Of a DNA stretch of 64,000 nt, positions 57,418 to 64,000 are shown in pieces; the stretch's first letter is position 1; every line of letters starts with the position of its first letter. Both the position numbers and the translations under genes were made by a program. The notes beneath the pieces are model-generated. The model searched no databases. It was not told the origin of the DNA and saw nothing but the letters and a program-made list of their open reading frames with translations. Location: contig JAKMXF010000302.1 of the NCBI GenBank assembly GCA_024704765.1, positions 62,001 through 126,000 on the forward strand, given 5' to 3'. Source of the DNA: Oopsacas minuta. Lineage: Eukaryota; Animalia; Porifera.

Positions 57418-60291
57418 ATGGCAGAGAACAATCCTAACAAATTGGACACAACTTCTACCTTAGAGGTTATAGTAACTCAACAAGATTCAGACAGTCCAGG
57501 ACGATCAGACGGACGGGAGAGGTCTGTCTCTCCAACTGAGAACGAGTATAGAACAGATCTCACAAATATAATTATTTCATCAGAGACATCACAGCCAAAT
57601 ATATCCCGTTATGACGTTATTCATAAGGTCTCTCCTGAGGTGGATACTCTTCGTATAGAATCATGTCCAATGGAGACTAATACTCCTATACAAGCTACAC
57701 TGAAGAGAGATGATGATCAAACCAATGAAGACGGGAAAACTAAAATGCGTATTTCGTCTCAAGAGCAGTCACCTGTCAATCAAGCAACCAGTGACGTAGA
57801 TTATAAGACAGCTGACATTGTTTCTTCTGTCGAAGATACGTCTGATGTTTGTGAACTACGGAATTCATATGATACTCCAGTTGTTGTGATACGGGCTCCT
57901 ACATCTCTTGATGTACCAGACCAAGAAATGAGAGAGCTACATGATACAGAAATTCTACCCAATGAAAGTACAGACTCTATTTCCTCTGAACTGATCACTG
58001 ATTCACAGCAGTTAACAAGTGAGCCTATTCCTTCTATATCGATGAGTAGAGCTGATGAACAACCTGTAGAGATGAATGGTGACCTTTCAATGGATCTAGC
58101 ATCAGACAAGAATCTACAAACCTCCCACAGAGAGTACTTGGATAATTCTGAAGAAGCATTGACTCTAAATGTGAACGAATCACTGAACAGCAGTGAAGCT
58201 AGCTCAGGACAGGAAAAGAAAGGAGGTATAAGAGGGGGAGCTGAAAACTTTGATGAAATATCTGATATAGAAAATTGGGATGATATTGAAGGAGGAGACG
58301 ATGAGTTATGGAAATTGAGTTTCCAACCTTCCTTAACCGGACCTGAGGCAGAAGAGAGGGACGATGAAGAGGAGAAGGACACACCAGAAGAGTCACGGAG
58401 TATGAGGGAGCAGATGTCTCCCATCTCCTCGGGAGACGAATTCGGGGAAGCAGAGGATAAAGAGAAATATTTCCAGAAAGGAGGATACAGAGATTTTTAT
58501 GATTCAGAAGGAAAGGGAGAAATGATAGGTCAGAGTATCATAGTTATTGGAGGAGGTGCTGCTTCCCACGGGCGTTATCAGTCTCGTTCCAGAGACAGGG
58601 TGTTTGAATTTAACGAACCTCTAAGCCCAGCTCCTAATGATTCTGTTCCTAAGCAATTAGATTCTAAAAGCGCTAATTCTAACCTAACTCGTATCGTCAA
58701 ATTGAGTGAAGACGCTACCTCAGATATATCTGACAGTTCTTTCAAAGACACCATGGATGATTATGAAGAATCAAAAGTGAAAAACAAACGTGTGAAACCA
58801 CATCACTCTCGTGTCCGCGAGTCAAGCTCACATCCAAAAGATTTGCCGTTTTCTGATAAGTTGTTTGTGGATGCTAAGTATTTTATTATGAAAAGTAATA
58901 ATCATGAGAATATTCGTATCGCCAAGGAAAAGTACGCCTGGTCCACACCTCTGCCCAATGAGAAGAAACTGAGTCAATCCTATCGTCAACATAAGAATAT
59001 TATCTTATTGTTTTCTGTTAGGGAGAGCGGTAGGTTCCAGGGTTTCGCGAGGCTTGCTTCTGATGTCAAACGGAGTGGTCCTCCTATTCAATGGCATCTT
59101 CCACATGGGATAAAGGCCAACTCACTGGGAGGTATATTTCGTTTGCAATGGGTATATAAGGAAGATCTAGAGTTCTCTAGATGTCAGGACGTGTCCAATC
59201 CTTGGAATGACAATAAACCAGTTAAGATAAGTCGAGACGGCCAGGAGCTTCCTCCAGGTATCGGCGAGAAACTTTGCCGTTTATGGTTTGAACGTCCTGA
59301 CACTCCACCCGATATTTCGTCTCCCTCTAAGACCTCTAATTCCAACCTTGAAACAACATCCACTTCTCCTACTACTCACCAACCTACAACAACAACAGCC
59401 ACAACATCTAGTGCTTCTACTACTTCAGCTACACCCTTCCCAGCCCCTGCTACACAGCTACCCTATCCTACATTCCCTTACCCATACGGTATCCAGCCTA
59501 GCACAACTACACCGCACAATGTACATCTACAAAACTACCTAGCACAAGCTCAGCAACACCAGCTGCTTGTGGCTCAGGGTGTACGTCCTCCTGCTTCTTA
59601 CAGTACCTATCCCTATCTGCACCAACAAATGCAGAACTATGCTATGGCTCAGTCAATGCAAGCATTTACACAAGCTAACAAGATGGCTATGTGGAATGTA
59701 GAATCACAGCAACAAAGGAAGGCAATGGCTGCTGCTGCCATGAATTATCTTAAAGAAGCAGCAGCTCTCACAAAGACAAAGTCTCCTAAGAACAGGACCC
59801 CATCTCCTACATCCAAACGACGTAGAATATCTTCAGACAGCTCCTCAAAGAGATCTCACCACGATCTCAGACACGCTCTGAGAGGAGAGAAGGATAAGTC
59901 TCGTAGCTATCATCGAAGTAATTCCAGTCGTTCTGCTAAGACAAGACATTCTAGTTCTAGCAAACATAGACGTTATTCCAGCTCCAGAAAGTATTCAAGT
60001 TCTAAGATAAGAAAAGGACATCATGCCAATCGATCACGGACCCACTCATCTTCTCCTACACCTCAGGAGAGGGAGTATGAATCTCCAAACAACGATTTCA
60101 AATCCCAAGAATCCCCTAGTTCCCCTGAATCAATCGAATTAAGTCCTTCCAAAGACCCCACCCAAGAGTTTGGAGTTGACAAGGAAATCCTTCTACATGG
60201 CTCTTACGACGATTATTTGAAAGAAATGCAACAAAAAGGTGTCCATGCAGCAGCTGGACTTGGAAGACAGAAGTCGAGAGAGAATACTTAG
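57418..60291 (+). CDS. YTHDC1: YTH domain m6A reader YTHDC1
   Basis: YFIMKSNNHENIRIAK...WST, LLFSVRESGRFQGFARL and NPWNDNKPVKISRDGQE, with an acidic N-terminus and RS-rich C-terminus. Confidence 0.92.
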   Translation: MAENNPNKLDTTSTLEVIVTQQDSDSPGRSDGRERSVSPTENEYRTDLTNIIISSETSQPNISRYDVIHKVSPEVDTLRIESCPMETNTPIQATLKRDDDQTNEDGKTKMRISSQEQSPVNQATSDVDYKTADIVSSVEDTSDVCELRNSYDTPVVVIRAPTSLDVPDQEMRELHDTEILPNESTDSISSELITDSQQLTSEPIPSISMSRADEQPVEMNGDLSMDLASDKNLQTSHREYLDNSEEALTLNVNESLNSSEASSGQEKKGGIRGGAENFDEISDIENWDDIEGGDDELWKLSFQPSLTGPEAEERDDEEEKDTPEESRSMREQMSPISSGDEFGEAEDKEKYFQKGGYRDFYDSEGKGEMIGQSIIVIGGGAASHGRYQSRSRDRVFEFNEPLSPAPNDSVPKQLDSKSANSNLTRIVKLSEDATSDISDSSFKDTMDDYEESKVKNKRVKPHHSRVRESSSHPKDLPFSDKLFVDAKYFIMKSNNHENIRIAKEKYAWSTPLPNEKKLSQSYRQHKNIILLFSVRESGRFQGFARLASDVKRSGPPIQWHLPHGIKANSLGGIFRLQWVYKEDLEFSRCQDVSNPWNDNKPVKISRDGQELPPGIGEKLCRLWFERPDTPPDISSPSKTSNSNLETTSTSPTTHQPTTTTATTSSASTTSATPFPAPATQLPYPTFPYPYGIQPSTTTPHNVHLQNYLAQAQQHQLLVAQGVRPPASYSTYPYLHQQMQNYAMAQSMQAFTQANKMAMWNVESQQQRKAMAAAAMNYLKEAAALTKTKSPKNRTPSPTSKRRRISSDSSSKRSHHDLRHALRGEKDKSRSYHRSNSSRSAKTRHSSSSKHRRYSSSRKYSSSKIRKGHHANRSRTHSSSPTPQEREYESPNNDFKSQESPSSPESIELSPSKDPTQEFGVDKEILLHGSYDDYLKEMQQKGVHAAAGLGRQKSRENT

Positions 60292-60554
60292 CAAACCTCG
60301 ATATCACCACTCTAGAAATGCTATATTTACCAAATGTTTATTAATTACTTTTCTTACTTTGTCAGTTGAATTCCCAGACACGTAATCGGAAATAGATTAC
60401 TACTAACAAATCATTTAGGTGCGTCAGTGCAGTACTGTAGTGTATACCAGCCAAACTATACTATAAGAATTGACAATTTTGGATTGATTAACTATTAATA
60501 CAACTTTTAGATCATTTAAATGAGGGATTTATTGTTATATTGAGTTTATAGGTA

Positions 60555-60679
60555 CAGTGGAAGCCGGTTATAAGAAATCGTCAGCTGCATGTCCGAAGCA
60601 ACAAACATTTCCCGGAAAGAGCACCGTCTTACGACTATTTCTCCGCTCCAAACGATGCTCTTATAACTGGTATCCACTG
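60555..60679. mobile_element. Tc1/mariner (pogo/Tigger-like) MITE, 125 bp
   Basis: 20-bp TIRs CAGTGGAAGCCGGTTATAAG and (reverse complement) CAGTGGATACCAGTTATAAG, 17/20 identical. TA on the left flank, TG on the right. Confidence 0.75.
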
Positions 60680-61489
60680 TGCACACTTTACCTACTATAA
60701 TACCTATATTCTATATGTTTTATGTGTGAAACTTGGCTAATACAGAAATTGGATTCAGTTTAATGAATCCTTTCATGGATCTGTGAAGAGCACATGTATC
60801 TATGAATCTGAGAATTTAATTGATTTTGTTACACTGAATTATTCAATCTATTTACTCGAAACCTGTGTGTACAAATAGAATGTGATGTGATTTAGTCATT
60901 ACTTTGTGCGTATGCTTATAAATCGGACATCTTATCTATTTGTAAGTAATTAGTTAAAATCGATTCATCAGTGATTTTGTAAGCTTTGTGTTAAAATATT
61001 TACATAGCAGTACCCCAACAGGTAGGCTTTACGTTAATGATTCGACATCTAGCTCACTATTGCAAAGTATATATGCAAATACTTCACTTACTTCGTTTTG
61101 CCTTTGTGAATGCTCCATACATTTACACAATTTATCTCTTTTCATGCGTGTTAATACTAGGGATTCTTTCTAACGAATTGCTCTGTAGTCTAGCCAAAAT
61201 TCAGGTAACCATCTGTATAAAGCAGTGTTCGTTATAGGTTTTTGGCAGATTTAGATATTTCAATGACACCATGGTATGTATGTGTTATTATTTGTTTGAA
61301 ATGTGATTTGCTATGTATCTTGTAACATACTTACTCAGTAGAGATCTGTGGGTACATAGCCTGTGGGTGCGAATTCTATACCGAGTATAGATCTAGATAC
61401 TAGGTTTATAGGCATTGATACATATATAAGAACTGAATTATCCTAACAAATTCAATTTCATAAACCGATTTAGCTGACAAGAAAGTGTC

Positions 61490-63157
61490 ATGAGCAAAGG
61501 TCGTGTCTTGTACGATTTTGAGGGAGAAGAGAATGGAGGAGAGCTTAGAGTGAATGCGGGAGAAGAAGTAAAAATAATCCAGCACGATGTTGGTGACGGT
61601 TGGATGGAAGCTGAGCTTGTAAACGGTATAAGAGGGATTGTTCCTATTTCATATATACAAATGTTGGAGACCCCTTCTAGTGTAGTTTTTAATTCCCCAC
61701 CTCCTCCCACTGCCCCTCCCTTTGCTACCAAGCAGACTCAAAATAATGATCCCGAATGGGACGATGAGTGGGATGATAACCCTCAGTTTCAGGGACAACA
61801 ACGGAATCAATCGTATGACAACGGACAAGGTACTCCCTCGTATCTAGATCCTAATCCAGCTGCTGGGAAGGATGTAAGTTTTGAGGGCTCACATTCAACT
61901 GAGCTACAGAAGAGCAAATCTCTGAAAAAGTCTTACAACAGATTTAGTAGCTTTGTGAGGACAGGAGGAGAGGCTTACATACTTGGTACCACCACTACCT
62001 CTAAGTTTGCTAAATCATCCAAATTGTTTCGTATAAAACAGAGTAAATACGGTCCTGCTTGGGAAGAGAGTCTAATCCCATTCACTGTGTCTGTAACTGA
62101 CCCAGAGAAGAAATCCAAATTCCACGGTATGAAGACATTTATAGCCTACGCAGTAACTCCCAGTAATACAAACCTTTCAGTCATTCGTCGTTACAAACAT
62201 TATGACTGGTTACATGAGCGACTAATCGAGAAGTTCACTTGTCTCAGTATACCTCCTCTCCCTGACAAACAGCTTACAGGTCGTTTCAATGACGACTTTG
62301 TAGAGAAGAGAAGAGATCAGCTAGAGGTCTGGACTAACCGTATTGCTAGACATCCTGTACTGGGTACTAGTGATGTGTTTTCTCACTTTATGTCCGTGTC
62401 TGAGGAAGACACGATCAATTGGAAGAATGGAAAGAGAGCTGCTGAGAAGGATGAATTCGTGGGACCTTTATTCTTCTTATCAATCGATCATAACATTGAA
62501 ACTATGGAGCTAATGCAAGCTGATTATGAGGTGGAATGTTTCGGTAAGTTTGCTACAAATATCGAAGAAGATCTCCAGCATCTACGGGATAGATTGGAGG
62601 ATAGGAAACGAAAGTTTGAAGGACCATTTCGCAGAGAATTTCAGAAGTTCGCTGGAAACATTCAAGCTGTAGCTAAAACATTCCAAAAGGTTGATCAACC
62701 TTTCTCTGAGCCTCTGACTCGTGCGCTTGATCACACAGCGATTACTCTATTCGACATAGGAGAGGATCATGTGTCACAACCTCCAAAAGATTTGGTACCA
62801 TTTTCTGAGAATATAAAAGAGTATCTTAGTATTCTATCTGCATTCCCTGACCTAGTACACATCCATAAGGGTGCTGTAGCTAAGGTAAGAGAGAGTGAGA
62901 AGTTGAAAGATGAATCAAAGATTGGAGCTTCTGATGTGCTAGATGTTACAAACCGTACAATAACAGTATCAGCTGCTCTTCAGTCAGAAATATTACATTT
63001 TCAGAGACAAAGAACTATTGACTTTCAAGGGATGATGAAAGAATACCTGAAACAACAAATCATGTTTTACCAGAATATTGCGAACAAGCTACAATCTACT
63101 TTGGATATGTATGAATTTGATGAAGATACTATCTCCCCTCTTAGTGCAAATGTCTAA
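61490..63157 (+). CDS. SH3-PX-BAR sorting nexin (SNX9/18/33)
   Basis: N-terminal SH3 (VLYDFEGE...GDGWMEA...GIVPISY), LC acidic EWDDEWDD, PX motif RRYKHYDWLHERL, then BAR. Confidence 0.93.
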   Translation: MSKGRVLYDFEGEENGGELRVNAGEEVKIIQHDVGDGWMEAELVNGIRGIVPISYIQMLETPSSVVFNSPPPPTAPPFATKQTQNNDPEWDDEWDDNPQFQGQQRNQSYDNGQGTPSYLDPNPAAGKDVSFEGSHSTELQKSKSLKKSYNRFSSFVRTGGEAYILGTTTTSKFAKSSKLFRIKQSKYGPAWEESLIPFTVSVTDPEKKSKFHGMKTFIAYAVTPSNTNLSVIRRYKHYDWLHERLIEKFTCLSIPPLPDKQLTGRFNDDFVEKRRDQLEVWTNRIARHPVLGTSDVFSHFMSVSEEDTINWKNGKRAAEKDEFVGPLFFLSIDHNIETMELMQADYEVECFGKFATNIEEDLQHLRDRLEDRKRKFEGPFRREFQKFAGNIQAVAKTFQKVDQPFSEPLTRALDHTAITLFDIGEDHVSQPPKDLVPFSENIKEYLSILSAFPDLVHIHKGAVAKVRESEKLKDESKIGASDVLDVTNRTITVSAALQSEILHFQRQRTIDFQGMMKEYLKQQIMFYQNIANKLQSTLDMYEFDEDTISPLSANV

Positions 63158-63460
63158 CATAACTTGTTCAATCCCTGTTAAGCTGTTATTGACCTGTATA
63201 TTCCTGCGTAGTATATATTAGGTTCAACAATAACTTTTCTACTTCATGTACTCTTGATTTATATTTTAGTAACATCGTCTATTGTGTTATTTCATTTGTT
63301 TGTTTCGATCACATGGACTGTGTATTGTTCTAAATGTAATATATTTATTGTATTCGTTCATTTGTCAATTTATACAAACTGTCCTTAGAGGACAAATTAA
63401 ATTTCGCAGGATCTTATCCACCTACTCAAGTTTATACTTTCTTAGTTTGGTATAAGTATC

Positions 63461-64000
63461 ATGTGTGCAGTCAATATAGATGAAAATAGTCTCTACGTCT
63501 TAACTGATAGAAGCATAACTCCAACTAATAACTCCCGTGGAGATGGGATGGAGAATATCTGTGAGTTTAGTTTTGATATAGATGACATCATGGAAGGTCT
63601 TGATGTCTCGATTGATCCCTCTGATAAGAAAGAAGATATGGGTAACATACTAGATGATTATATCAATGATTTAGCTCCCTTAGGCCCAGATGAAATGGGA
63701 GAAGATGGCAATTCTACTTCCATTGGTTCTAGCATTGTTAGTAGTGAGGGGGAATCTTCCAGTTTATTTGGAAGTTCATATAATGCTATTACCTTTGTAG
63801 AACAGTGTACCAAGGATATTATGGATATGAACACTTTACCCGATGAAATGGAGATTGGTCCTGAGGACTCTCCTCCTCTCTCTCCTCTCTCTAACTATAC
63901 TAACTCATTCACACAAGAATCTCATACGATTATTCCACAGGGAGAGATATCATCCCTAGGTAGAGCTATTATAACTACACCTCTAGATACACCAGCTGAT
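63461..64000 (+). CDS. Partial ORF with an acidic N-terminus (3'-truncated by the window edge)
   Basis: 180 codons open from ATG 63461 to the window end; D/E/S-rich; family not recognisable. Confidence 0.6.
   Translation, partial: MCAVNIDENSLYVLTDRSITPTNNSRGDGMENICEFSFDIDDIMEGLDVSIDPSDKKEDMGNILDDYINDLAPLGPDEMGEDGNSTSIGSSIVSSEGESSSLFGSSYNAITFVEQCTKDIMDMNTLPDEMEIGPEDSPPLSPLSNYTNSFTQESHTIIPQGEISSLGRAIITTPLDTPAD

Noticed and set aside
296-60310. Many short antisense or alternative-frame ORFs in the track (e.g. 296-514, 2082-2339, 10155-10439, 14227-14514, 31201-31590, 48367-48768, 57801-58424)
   Set aside because: They are shadows of real CDSs (S/L/G-rich mirror translations) with no recognisable motifs.
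1-64000. Prokaryotic features (CRISPR arrays, operons with RBS, rRNA, tRNA, phage defence systems)
   Set aside because: The sequence is clearly eukaryotic (spliceosomal introns, animal genes). No repeat-spacer arrays or tRNA/rRNA signatures were seen.

Overview
Gene-dense, AT-rich eukaryotic (animal) DNA with about 29 protein-coding genes. Most are intronless or have short (~50-70 nt) GT-AG introns, and intergenic gaps are only a few hundred bp. The compactness, intron poverty and NHL-repeat/TRAF-type zinc-finger paralogues suggest an early-branching metazoan, most likely a glass sponge such as Oopsacas (inference, not proven). Recognisable genes: LIPE, PGAM5, DENND10, EVI5, NAE1, PCBD1, MYO7A, ZPR1, DALRD3, R3HDM-like, SNX4-like, TIA1, RIF1, BCAP31, CCZ1, TMEM106, YTHDC1 and SNX9-like. 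Most interesting observations: (1) a spliced gene (12237-14746) that appears to join a Raf-type Ras-binding domain, SH2, a proline-rich region, WW and a C-terminal WH2-C-A module, i.e. a candidate new class of Arp2/3 nucleation-promoting factor; (2) a hAT-type MITE whose 8-bp target duplication copies the myosin VII 3' splice site; (3) an 83-aa RYBP/YAF2-like gene, missed by the ORF track, with no NZF zinc finger; (4) a lamin-type intermediate filament with no CaaX, NLS or CDK1 site; (5) an antisense TRAF-like gene filling the NAE1 intron; (6) YAG acceptors just upstream of most start codons, suggestive of SL trans-splicing. No rRNA, tRNA or CRISPR arrays were recognised. All homology calls are from manual motif recognition, not database searches.
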